Assembly: GCA_964556105.1 (NCBI GenBank)
Contig: CAZKWG010000001.1
Span: 1-52,532 of the forward strand
Direction: 5' to 3'
From: an uncultured Enterobacterales bacterium
GTDB lineage: Bacteria > Myxococcota_A > UBA796 > CAZKWG01
DNA: 52,532 nucleotides
Positions within the stretch are counted from its first letter, which is position 1. Every line of letters begins with the position of its first letter. The notes below the pieces were generated by a model, which saw nothing but the letters and a program-made list of their open reading frames with translations, had not been told where the DNA came from and made no database searches. The position numbers and the translations under genes were made by a program. Of this stretch, positions 25,000 to 33,245 are shown piece by piece.

Positions 25000-26160
25000 A
25001 TGCTTCGACGTCTCCCCATCCTCGCCCTCCTTGTCGGAAGCCTCCCCGTCGCGCGCGCGGCGAGCTGCCCGGATCGTGCGACGCTCTCTGAGCTGAACCG
25101 CTCCATGCAGAGGGCCGAGGATGCCTATCAGAACCTCGATCTCGACGGCTTCCTGAGCGCGGACGAGGCGCTGCGCTCGGACCTGGTCTGCCTGGGCGAG
25201 CCGATGACGAAGGTGGTCGCCGCGCGCATCCACCGCGTCGAGGGCCTGCGCGGCCACCTGGACAACGACCGCCGCGCGGCCTCCCAGAGCTTCGCCGCCG
25301 CCCGCTCGCTCGAGCCCGAGTTCAGCTTCCCCGAGGACATGATCCCCGAGGGCTCCCCGGAGCTCGACCTCTACACCGCCATCGATCTCAGCCTGGGCTC
25401 CATGCAGAAGGTGGACCCGATGATCGACGGCTACGTGCTGTTCGACGGCAAGGTCGGCGCCGAGCGGCCCACGGACTGGGCGACCGTCGTGCAGGTGATC
25501 AACGAGGACGGCGAGATCAACGTCACGACCTACCTGCGCCCCGGTCAGCCCATGCCCTCCTATTATCCGGAGGCGACGGAGCGGGCGGCGGCCCAGACGG
25601 TGAGCGCCGGCGCCTCGAAGAGCTTCGAGGACAGCGCGGATGAGGACCCCTTCGCCGAGGATCTCGACGAGGACGGGCCGACGGACTGGGGCAAGCTGGC
25701 GACGGGAGAGGAGGATCCGCCCGTGCGCGCGTCGGGCGGCGTCGTCTCCACCACGAAGCCCAGCACCGGCACCAGCGCTCCTAAGACCACGACCGGCACC
25801 AGCGCGCCCAAGACCACGACCGGCACCAGCGGGACGCGCACCTCGGCCACGCGCCCGCCGACCTCCTCGAGCACCACCATCCCGCGGACCACCGTGAGCG
25901 GCGGCGACGACCTGCCGAACATCAAGAAGGAGCCGACGAAGCGCCCCGTCGGGCTGCTGACCTTCTCCCTGCTCTCGGCCGCGGCCTCCGGGGTCTCCTA
26001 CGGCGTGGCGATGAGCTCGGCGAACCAGTACCGCGATCCGGCCACCACCTATGAGGAGCTGGACAACCTGCGGGTGCAGTCCAACCTCTGGTCGGGCGTC
26101 GCGGCGGGCACGGGCGTGGTGGCGCTGGGCTCTCTCATCGCGGTAGGAGTGTCCTGGTGA
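25000..26160 (+). CDS. secreted protein with a Thr/Ser/Pro repeat linker and two C-terminal TM segments
   Basis: Start reset to ATG 25000 (MLRRLPILALLVGSLPVARA signal). It contains TGTSAPKTT repeats. C-terminal hydrophobic segments are present. The stop overlaps the kinase GTG (GTGA). Confidence 0.75.
   Translation: MLRRLPILALLVGSLPVARAASCPDRATLSELNRSMQRAEDAYQNLDLDGFLSADEALRSDLVCLGEPMTKVVAARIHRVEGLRGHLDNDRRAASQSFAAARSLEPEFSFPEDMIPEGSPELDLYTAIDLSLGSMQKVDPMIDGYVLFDGKVGAERPTDWATVVQVINEDGEINVTTYLRPGQPMPSYYPEATERAAAQTVSAGASKSFEDSADEDPFAEDLDEDGPTDWGKLATGEEDPPVRASGGVVSTTKPSTGTSAPKTTTGTSAPKTTTGTSGTRTSATRPPTSSSTTIPRTTVSGGDDLPNIKKEPTKRPVGLLTFSLLSAAASGVSYGVAMSSANQYRDPATTYEELDNLRVQSNLWSGVAAGTGVVALGSLIAVGVSW
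25765..25836 (+). repeat. 27-bp in-frame tandem repeat (TGTSAPKTT)
   Basis: Units lie at 25765-25791 and 25792-25818, and a partial third follows. Confidence 0.8.
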
Positions 26161-29150
26161 ACGAAGCGCGCCGCTACCGCGTCCTGGAGACCCTCGGGAA
26201 AGGAGGCTTTGGAACCGTCTACCGCGCGGAGCTGCTCGGCGCGGGAGGCTTCGCCAAGCAGGTCGCGCTGAAGATCCTCAACGATGACGGCCAGCGCGAG
26301 ATCGCCCACCGGCTGCGCGATGAGGCCCGCATCCTCGGCCTGCTCCACCACCGCGCGGTGGTCGGCGTGGACAACCTGGTCCGGCTGGAGCCGGGCTGGG
26401 CGGTGGTGATGGAGTATGTGGCGGGGGTCGACGCGACCTCGCTCATCCGCTACGGCCCCGCGCCGGTCCGCGCGATCCTGGAGATCATCGAGGAGGTCGC
26501 GGCGGCCCTGCATGCGGCCTATGCCCAGCCCTCCGAGATGACCGGGCGCCCGCTCTACCTGATCCACCGCGACATCAAGCCCTCGAACATCCGCATCACG
26601 CCGCGCGGCGAGGTGAAGATCCTCGACTTCGGCGTGGCGCAGGCCAGCTTCAAGACGCGCGAGGCGCGCACCCGGGCGACGCTGTTCGGCTCCTTTCAGT
26701 ACATGGCGCCGGAGCGCCTGGACGGGATCGACGGCCCGAAGGGCGACATCTACGCGCTCGGGCTGGTCATGGCCCGCCTGCTCACCAGCGCTCGCTTCCC
26801 GGAGCCGCCCAAACATCCCCGCCGCCACACGACGTTCACCGAGCTGATCACGGCGCGTGTCCGCGAGGGTCTGGCCGACGCCTCCAGCCAGGTGCCGCCC
26901 GAGGCCCAGGAGGCCATCCTCCGGCTGGTCAGCTCGATGGTCGCCTTCGAGCCCACGGATCGGCCGACCTCCCGCGACGTGGAGCGCTTCTGCCGCGAGT
27001 GGCGCTCTCCGCTCTCGGGCCCCTGGCTGCGCGACTGGTGCGAGCACGAGGTGCCGAAGATGGCGGCCCGCGTCGCGCCGCCTCAGGTCGATGAGCCACT
27101 CTCTGGCTCGATCTTCACCGAGCTGGCCGGAGAGGAGTCGCTGCCGCCGGCCCTGCCGCATGAGGACGAGACCTCCGAGACCGTGGCCATCGGCCCCTGG
27201 GAGGTCGCCGCCCTCGATCTGTCGCCCGAAGAGCCGCGCGAGGCGCGCTTCGCCTCGCCCTCGAAGCCGGCGGAGCCCGCCCGTCCGGTGGAGCCCGCCC
27301 GTCCGGTGGAGCCCGCCCGTCCGGTGGAGCCCGCGCGCCCGCCCGAACCTTCGGCCGCGGCCATCGGCGACGCAGCCGAGCTCCCCGCGCCGCGACCCGC
27401 GCGAGAGGTCGCGCCCGTGCGCATCGAGCAGCGCCGCGGCGGAGGTTTCCCGCCCCTCGCGGACGTGCGCGCCGAGTCTCCACCGGCCGTCGCGCCCGCC
27501 CGCGGCATGGTGCTCCCCGAGATCGAGGACGACGAGGGGCCGACCCAGTACCTGCCTGGCGCTCGCCCCACCCGCCCGGCCGCAGAGGCCGCGGAGGCCG
27601 CCGCGCCGACGCCGGTCGCGCCGCCCGCGCCGCCCGCGCCGGTCGCGCCGCCCGCGCCGGTCGCGCCGCCAATGCCGGTCGCGCCGCCAATGCCGGTCGC
27701 CCCGGTCGAGCCGACGATCCCGCAGATCCCGTCCCCCGGCCTGCCGCCCGCCGCGCTGCTCGGACGGCCCCCCGAGATCGATCTGCCGGTCGAGATCCCG
27801 CCTCCTCCGCACCTCCTCGACGCCTTGGACGTGCCCGAGGCGCCCGCGCTGGCCCGCCGGGAGCCGGAGAGCCCGGCCGACGTTCCGACCGCCCTGTTCG
27901 GCATGAACCCTGCCCTGCTGCAGGCGGCGCTGGCCCAGGCGGGCCGCTCGCCCGGCATCGTCCCGCCCCACCTGCTCGAGCAGCCCACGGCCGAGGTGCC
28001 GACCGTCGCCGTGCCGCGCGCGCAGCTCCAGGACGAGGAGCCCTCGACCATCGAGGTCGGGAAGCTGGATCTGCCGAGCGCCGAGGCCCTGCCCACCGAG
28101 CAGATGGGCGCGGGCACGCTGGAGCGGATCTCCAGCCGGAGCGCGGAGAAGAAGCCGGAGCCGGAGCCGGAGCGGCGGCAGGAGCCCGCGCGGACCTCCG
28201 GAGGCCCCACGCTGGAGCCCTCGATCTCCGAGGCGCCGCTGCCGGACATCGCGACGGGCGGCGTGGAGATCGGCCCGGCCGGCCTCCCGCCCCGGACCCG
28301 CGCGGCGGACGTGCCTCCCTCCCGCACCCGCGGGGAGCCCGCGCCGATCCCGCCCGCAGGCACGATCCGCACGGTGCGACCGGCGGCCCCGCCCCCTGAG
28401 ACGATCCCGCCGCTCGAGCCCAGGCGCAGCAACGTGGGCCTGGTGGTCGGCGTGGTGACCGTGCTCGCGCTGGGCGCGGCCGCCTTGCTGCTGGCGCCGG
28501 GGCTGAAGGGCTCACCGGAGACGCCGGCCACGCCGGTCACCGAGACGGCCCCGACCTCCGCCCCCGTCACGCCGCCGACGACGCCTCCCGCCGCGCCCAC
28601 GACGACGCCGACCGCGCCCGAGGCCAGCCCGACGGCCGCGCCCACGACCGCGCCCGAGGCCAGCCCGACGGCCGCGCCCACGACCGCCGCGCCCACGACC
28701 GCCGCGCCCACGACGAGCACGACCGCTCCGAAGCCGGCCGCGACGGCCGACACCAGCAGCGCCCGCACGTCCAAGGCGGCCACGACGACCCCCACGCCGT
28801 ATCCACCGCCGCTTCAGGTGGTGCGCACGACCTCCGATCCCGCTGACGCAGCCCCGACCCCGAAGCCCGAGCCGAAGCCCGAGCCGGAGCCCGAGCCGGA
28901 GCCCGAGCCGGAGCGGGCGGCCGCTGGCGGCTCCGGGCTGATCCGGGTCACGGGCGAGGCCACGCAGGTCTGGCTGGTCTCGGAGAGCGGCGCGCGCCTC
29001 TCGCCAGGGACACTCCCGGCCGGAAACTACAAAATCATGGCTGTCTTCCCCGATATCGGTGAGGTTTCAGCCGGCAAGGTCGAGCTCCTCCCCAACCAGA
29101 GCCTGACCCTGAAGTGCGTCGCAGGTTTCAAACGGTGTACACGGTCTTGA
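26157..29150 (+). CDS. Hanks-type Ser/Thr protein kinase with a long Pro/Ala-rich linker, one TM segment and a C-terminal PEGA-like domain
   Basis: The kinase motifs are GKGGFGTVYRA, VALKIL, HRDIKPSNI and ILDFGVA. The TM segment is VGLVVGVVTVLALGAAALLLA. The C-terminal beta domain is GLIRVTGEATQVWLVSESG... Confidence 0.9.
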   Translation: MNEARRYRVLETLGKGGFGTVYRAELLGAGGFAKQVALKILNDDGQREIAHRLRDEARILGLLHHRAVVGVDNLVRLEPGWAVVMEYVAGVDATSLIRYGPAPVRAILEIIEEVAAALHAAYAQPSEMTGRPLYLIHRDIKPSNIRITPRGEVKILDFGVAQASFKTREARTRATLFGSFQYMAPERLDGIDGPKGDIYALGLVMARLLTSARFPEPPKHPRRHTTFTELITARVREGLADASSQVPPEAQEAILRLVSSMVAFEPTDRPTSRDVERFCREWRSPLSGPWLRDWCEHEVPKMAARVAPPQVDEPLSGSIFTELAGEESLPPALPHEDETSETVAIGPWEVAALDLSPEEPREARFASPSKPAEPARPVEPARPVEPARPVEPARPPEPSAAAIGDAAELPAPRPAREVAPVRIEQRRGGGFPPLADVRAESPPAVAPARGMVLPEIEDDEGPTQYLPGARPTRPAAEAAEAAAPTPVAPPAPPAPVAPPAPVAPPMPVAPPMPVAPVEPTIPQIPSPGLPPAALLGRPPEIDLPVEIPPPPHLLDALDVPEAPALARREPESPADVPTALFGMNPALLQAALAQAGRSPGIVPPHLLEQPTAEVPTVAVPRAQLQDEEPSTIEVGKLDLPSAEALPTEQMGAGTLERISSRSAEKKPEPEPERRQEPARTSGGPTLEPSISEAPLPDIATGGVEIGPAGLPPRTRAADVPPSRTRGEPAPIPPAGTIRTVRPAAPPPETIPPLEPRRSNVGLVVGVVTVLALGAAALLLAPGLKGSPETPATPVTETAPTSAPVTPPTTPPAAPTTTPTAPEASPTAAPTTAPEASPTAAPTTAAPTTAAPTTSTTAPKPAATADTSSARTSKAATTTPTPYPPPLQVVRTTSDPADAAPTPKPEPKPEPEPEPEPEPERAAAGGSGLIRVTGEATQVWLVSESGARLSPGTLPAGNYKIMAVFPDIGEVSAGKVELLPNQSLTLKCVAGFKRCTRS
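27273..27340 (+). repeat. 18-bp in-frame tandem repeat (EPARPV x3.7)
   Basis: The unit gagcccgcccgtccggtg is repeated at 27273, 27291 and 27309, and a partial fourth follows. Confidence 0.85.
27611..27709 (+). repeat. 18-bp-period in-frame repeat (PVAPPA/PVAPPM)
   Basis: gccggtcgcg recurs at 27611, 27638, 27656, 27674 and 27692. Confidence 0.8.
28624..28725 (+). repeat. 36-bp x2 then 15-bp x2 in-frame repeats (APEASPTAAPTT; AAPTT)
   Basis: Identical 36-mers start at 28624 and 28660, and gccgcgcccacgacc units follow. Confidence 0.8.
28860..28913 (+). repeat. (PKPE)2(PE)5 coding microsatellite
   Basis: The repeat ccgaagcccgag x2 is followed by ccggagcccgag-type units. Confidence 0.8.
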
Positions 29151-30733
29151 CCTCCCCCCTTCGTCGCCTCGCCGTGTTCGCCCTGCTCCCGGGGCTCACG
29201 GCCTGTCCGCTCATCCTCGAGGGCGAGCACAACGCGCGCGTCGACGCCGATCAGGACGGCTACCTCGCGGTCGGCTACAACGAGGGCGATGACTGCGACG
29301 ACGCGAACGCTGAGGTAAACCCGGGGAACACCGAGGTTTGTGGAGACGGGCTGGACAACGACTGCAGCGGCGGCTCCAACAACTGTGGGTTGAGCGGCAC
29401 GCTGAGCATCAACGACGCCGACCACCTCATCGCGCCCAACGAGCGCAGCCAGAAGGTGGGCTACGGCGTGGCCAACGTGGGCGACGTCGATGGAAACGGC
29501 TCCGAGGACCTGCTGGTCGGCGCGCCGGGCCTGGATCAGAGCTTCCCGCAGACGGGGGGCGCCTTCCTCTTCCTGGGACCGCCGGGCAACGCCAGGACGC
29601 TCAGCATCGATCAGGCCGACCTGAAGGTCTATGGCCACAACGAGGACGAGCAGATCGGCATCATCCTGGCCAGGGGCGGCGATCTGGACGACGACGGCTA
29701 CGGAGACATGCTGCTGGGCGCGCCCTACCTCAAGAGCGGGAGCGCGGAGAAGGCCGGCGCCTGGTACGCGGTGCTGGGGCCAGGGGGACCGGCCATGTCC
29801 ACCTCGGCGGCCTACGCCAGCGAGCGCGGCGAGGCGGCCAATGACCGGCTCGGGCTCAGCGTGACCTCCGGCGACATGAACAACAGCGGCGGCCTGGACG
29901 TCGCCGCTGGCGCGCCCTTCGTCAACGAGGAGGGCGGAGACAACGGCAATGTCTACGTCCACTACGGGCCGGTCCAGGGCTCTCAGTCCCCCTCGCGCGC
30001 GGACGTGACCCTGCTCGGCAAGGAGGGCGATCAGGCCGGCTACGCGGTGCTCTCGCGCGACTTCGACGGGGATGGCATCGACGACCTGCTGGTCGGCGCG
30101 CCCGGCTACGACGGGGACGGCGCGGACGCCGGGACCGCCTACATGCTGGCCGGGCCGCTGGCCGGGGACGGGCAGCTCGCCAACATCCACGACGCGCAGC
30201 TGACGGGCATCACGGCCGGCGACGCGGCCGGCACGCACCTCGCCTCCGGTGACCTCGACGGCGACGGCTACGAGGACGCGCTGGTCTCCGCGCTGCTGGC
30301 GGAGGGCGTCGCCGAGGACGCTGGCGCCGTCTACGTCATGTTCGGCCCGCTTCAGGGCAGCATGACCTCCACCGCGGGCGTCAGCGGCCAGTCCGAGGGT
30401 GACAGCGCGGGCAGCTCCGTGGCGGTCGGAGACGCCGACGGCGACGGCACCCAGGATCTGCTGGTCGGCGCCAGCACGCGCGACGTGAGCGCCACGGACT
30501 CCGGCGCCTCCTATCTGCTCTATGGGCCGGTGGACGCCAACATCGCGCTGGGTCGGGCGACCGTGAAGATCGCCGGTGCAGCCACCGAGGACTTCATCGG
30601 GCTCTCGTTGACCCTGGCCGACTGGGACGAGAACGGCAGCGCCGACATCGTGCTGGGCGCCCTGGGCCAGGATCAGGACGGCTCCGTCAACAACGGCGGC
30701 CTGGTCTACATCTTCATGGTGGCCGGGCTCTGA
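29114..30733 (+). CDS. FG-GAP (integrin-alpha-like) repeat lipoprotein with an N-terminal DxDxDG/Cys metal-binding-type module
   Basis: The lipobox is LLPGLTAC. The N-terminal module is VDADQDGY...DCDDANAEVNPGNTEVCGDGLDNDC. FG-GAP/Ca-loop units recur (GDVDGNGSEDLLVGAP, GDLDDDGYGDMLLGAP, RDFDGDGIDDLLVGAP, GDLDGDGYEDALV, GDADGDGTQDLLVGA). The start is ambiguous: GTG 29114, GTG 29135 or TTG 29147, and the last overlaps the kinase stop as TTGA. Confidence 0.8.
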   Translation: MRRRFQTVYTVLTSPLRRLAVFALLPGLTACPLILEGEHNARVDADQDGYLAVGYNEGDDCDDANAEVNPGNTEVCGDGLDNDCSGGSNNCGLSGTLSINDADHLIAPNERSQKVGYGVANVGDVDGNGSEDLLVGAPGLDQSFPQTGGAFLFLGPPGNARTLSIDQADLKVYGHNEDEQIGIILARGGDLDDDGYGDMLLGAPYLKSGSAEKAGAWYAVLGPGGPAMSTSAAYASERGEAANDRLGLSVTSGDMNNSGGLDVAAGAPFVNEEGGDNGNVYVHYGPVQGSQSPSRADVTLLGKEGDQAGYAVLSRDFDGDGIDDLLVGAPGYDGDGADAGTAYMLAGPLAGDGQLANIHDAQLTGITAGDAAGTHLASGDLDGDGYEDALVSALLAEGVAEDAGAVYVMFGPLQGSMTSTAGVSGQSEGDSAGSSVAVGDADGDGTQDLLVGASTRDVSATDSGASYLLYGPVDANIALGRATVKIAGAATEDFIGLSLTLADWDENGSADIVLGALGQDQDGSVNNGGLVYIFMVAGL

Positions 30734-30737
30734 GAGG

Positions 30738-31076
30738 GTGGGCGTTTTCGCACACCGTCACGGCGCGACGCTGGTCATCGAGGGAGCGCTCAGCGGGGAG
30801 GAGGCGCGCGCCCTGGATGACGCGCTTCAGGCCGCGGAGGACGGCGCGCCCTCGGGGCCGCTGCGCCTGGATCTCGATGGTCTCGAGCTGACGGACGGAG
30901 TCGCGGTGGCCATCGCCGTGACGGCGATCCGCGGGCTGCTGCTGCGGCGCGGCGCGCTCACGCTGGTCGCGCCGGGCCAGATGCTGGCCCACACCCTCTA
31001 CCGGGTGGGCGCGCTGGAGGACGGCCGCTTGAAGGTGGAGAACGTCCAGCACGAGGAGCCCACCACGGCGAACTGA
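30738..31076 (+). CDS. STAS-domain protein (anti-sigma-factor-antagonist-like)
   Basis: The GTG start lies 4 nt after the FG-GAP stop. The 112-aa alpha/beta pattern is LVIEGALSGEEARALDDAL...LRLDLDGLELTDGVAVAIAV...LTLVAP. Confidence 0.55.
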   Translation: MGVFAHRHGATLVIEGALSGEEARALDDALQAAEDGAPSGPLRLDLDGLELTDGVAVAIAVTAIRGLLLRRGALTLVAPGQMLAHTLYRVGALEDGRLKVENVQHEEPTTAN

Positions 31077-31104
31077 TCGGCAGACGCCGGGTTATGAGGC
31101 CGAC

Positions 31105-31473
31105 ATGCCTCCTCTCCGCGCGCTCGTCCTCGCCCTCCTCCTCGCCTGCGCCTCCGACCCGCCCGCGCAGGGCACGCCCGAGGCCGTCTTCCTGGCCTCG
31201 GAGGAGTGGACCGGACCCGCGAAGGACTATCCCCAGCCCTCCGCCCAGCCCTCGGCGGAGCAGGCGCCGCTGGCCTGCGCCCCCGCGGACCCGAGGCGCT
31301 GCCGCACCGACCAGGACTGCGCCTGCGGGCGCGACCTCGCCAGCGGGGTCTGCGCCTACGGCACCGCCGCCTGCCTCGACCCGCAGACGCCCTGCCCCGA
31401 TCTCTGCGCGGGTCCGGACGGAGCCCTCGCGCCTCGCTGTCTGGACGGCCAGTGCGCCCAGGGAGCGCGCTGA
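31105..31473 (+). CDS. small Cys-rich lipoprotein
   Basis: The lipobox is LALLLAC. The mature part has 10 further Cys (CRTDQDCACGRDLASGVCAYGTAACLD...). Confidence 0.7.
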   Translation: MPPLRALVLALLLACASDPPAQGTPEAVFLASEEWTGPAKDYPQPSAQPSAEQAPLACAPADPRRCRTDQDCACGRDLASGVCAYGTAACLDPQTPCPDLCAGPDGALAPRCLDGQCAQGAR

Positions 31474-31476
31474 GGG

Positions 31477-32148
31477 TCAGGCCTCCGCGGAGCTCGCAGG
31501 CACCACGAGCCGCCAGAGCGCGGTCGCCGGGGCGGGGATGCGTCGCCTGCGCTCCACGGCGCCAGGTCCGCCGAGCGCCGGCTGAGCCCGCAGGTCGGGG
31601 TCGAAGACGTAGCCGTGACTCGGGGGCAGCTCGCGCAGATCCTCGCGCCAGCCCGGCCAGCGCAAACCCTGGTAGAAGCGGTCCAGATCCGCCTCGAGCA
31701 TCCAGCGGACGAGCTCGGTGTACCCCACGCCGAGGTCCACCCAGGCCCGCGCCGCGCGGTAGAGCACGCGCCCCTCCTCCCCCTCGAAGGCGCCGGCGTT
31801 GACGACGAAGAAGCCGCCGACCACGTCGTGCGCGACGATCAGCGCGCCGGGCAGGGCGGCGGGCTTGCCGGAGAGGCCGTTCCACTCGCGCAGGCCCGGA
31901 CCCAGGGGCGCGCCGCCCGCGCCGAGCAGGCGGATCCAGCCCCCGTCTACCGAGACCCCCGCCGTGTACAGCGCCATGGCGCCCAGCGTCGTCGTGGCGG
32001 AGACCTGGAGCCGGTACAGCGTCGCCTCGCCCCGCTCGCGCGGCGTGGTCCAGATGGAGGCGGGGTTGGGCGCGTCGGCCAGCCACTGGCGCAGGTGCGG
32101 CCAGGCTGGGTCGTCCGTGCGCAGCAGCGCGTCGAGCGTGTGGCTCAT
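31477..32148 (-). CDS. conserved hypothetical cytoplasmic protein (possibly DUF2625-like)
   Basis: GAGG lies 5 nt upstream of the ATG. Composition is balanced. The motif GGWIRLLGAGG...WNG resembles DUF2625 as I remember it, and this family call is uncertain. Confidence 0.55.
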   Translation of the reverse strand: MSHTLDALLRTDDPAWPHLRQWLADAPNPASIWTTPRERGEATLYRLQVSATTTLGAMALYTAGVSVDGGWIRLLGAGGAPLGPGLREWNGLSGKPAALPGALIVAHDVVGGFFVVNAGAFEGEEGRVLYRAARAWVDLGVGYTELVRWMLEADLDRFYQGLRWPGWREDLRELPPSHGYVFDPDLRAQPALGGPGAVERRRRIPAPATALWRLVVPASSAEA

Positions 32149-32213
32149 GGGATCCTCGCGTGTCTCCTCTATCGGAGTGATTGCGGTTTCGGCGTCTCTG
32201 CTGTATGGATTTG

Positions 32214-33236
32214 ATGATGAAGTACCTTTCCCGCACGCTCTGGCCCGTCCTCCTCGTCGCCGCCTGCGGCAACGACAGCAAGCTCAACCGCGTCTCCGAG
32301 ACGGACACCTTCTACCAGGAGGTGACGGACAAGGTGGACATTCTCTGGGTGGTCGACAACAGCCTGTCCATGGGAGACGAGCAGGAGGAGCTGGGGAGCC
32401 AGATCAACAGCTTCATCCTCGGGATCGAGGGCACGGATCTGGACTGGCAGATGGGGGTCGTCACCACCGACATGGAGGACTCCGCCCAGAGCGGCAAGCT
32501 GCGCGGCGGCCCGCTCATCCTGACGCCCGCCACTGAGAACTACGAGAACAAGTTCTACAAGCTGGTCACGGAGGCGGGACTGGACGGCTCGGACAAGGAG
32601 GCGGGCATCGACGCCGCGATCCAGGCGCTCAGCGAGCCGCTGATCTCCACCTACAACACGGGCTTCCTCCGCGAAGAGGCGAAGCTCAGCATCATCTACC
32701 TCTCCGACGAGAACGACTGCACCAACCGCGGCGCGATGGCGGGCTCGGACGGCAGCGCCTGCTATGACCGACCCGAGCTGCTCACGAGCATGGCGACGCT
32801 GGTGAAGGAGTACGAGGCGCTCAAGGGGGACTCCCGGCTGCTCGTCAGCTCCATCGTCGGCCCGCCGATCAGCGCGGGCTGCGTGGGCGCCGTCCCCGGC
32901 CCTCGCTACGAGACCATGGCCAACGCCTTCGGCGGCATCCAGGCCAGCATCTGCGAGGGCGACTTCTCCACGGTCATGACCGAGCTCGGTCTGCAGAGCG
33001 CCGGCCTCTACACGAGCTTCCGCCTGTCCTACGCCGCGGTGGTGGGCAGCATCGAGGTCTACGTGGACGACGTCGAGGTCGCCGAGGACACCACGCTGGT
33101 CAACGGCTGGAGCTACGACGACACCTACCAGATGTTGTACTTCTACGGGGACGCGATCCCCACCTGGGGGGCGACGATCACGGTCAATTACGAGGTCGCC
33201 GGCGCGCGCACCGAGGACACCGCCAGCGGGGGGTGA
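32214..33236 (+). CDS. VWA-domain lipoprotein with an intact MIDAS (DxSxS)
   Basis: The lipobox is PVLLVAAC. Alternative starts are 32205 and 32217. The MIDAS motif is ILWVVDNSLSMGDE, with IIYLSDENDC downstream. The C-terminal beta-sandwich is IEVYVDDVEV...NGWSYDDTYQMLYFYG. Confidence 0.8.
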   Translation: MMKYLSRTLWPVLLVAACGNDSKLNRVSETDTFYQEVTDKVDILWVVDNSLSMGDEQEELGSQINSFILGIEGTDLDWQMGVVTTDMEDSAQSGKLRGGPLILTPATENYENKFYKLVTEAGLDGSDKEAGIDAAIQALSEPLISTYNTGFLREEAKLSIIYLSDENDCTNRGAMAGSDGSACYDRPELLTSMATLVKEYEALKGDSRLLVSSIVGPPISAGCVGAVPGPRYETMANAFGGIQASICEGDFSTVMTELGLQSAGLYTSFRLSYAAVVGSIEVYVDDVEVAEDTTLVNGWSYDDTYQMLYFYGDAIPTWGATITVNYEVAGARTEDTASGG

Positions 33237-33245
33237 GCGCGGTCG

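Noticed and set aside
26049-28795. Several long minus-strand ORFs (640, 570 and 466 aa) opposite the kinase gene
   Set aside because: They are antisense shadows of the Pro/Ala-rich kinase linker. Their composition is Arg/Gly/Ala-dominated, with no start-site support.
27273-28913. Short direct repeats that superficially resemble a CRISPR-like array
   Set aside because: The repeats are contiguous with no unique spacers. They are in frame and encode Pro/Ala-rich peptide units inside the kinase gene, so they are coding tandem repeats.
29114-29150. RRRF at the longest possible N-terminus of the FG-GAP lipoprotein as a Tat (twin-arginine) signal
   Set aside because: The motif is separated from the hydrophobic core by about 12 polar residues and exists only if GTG 29114 is used. 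Starts at 29135 or 29147 give an ordinary Sec-type lipoprotein signal.
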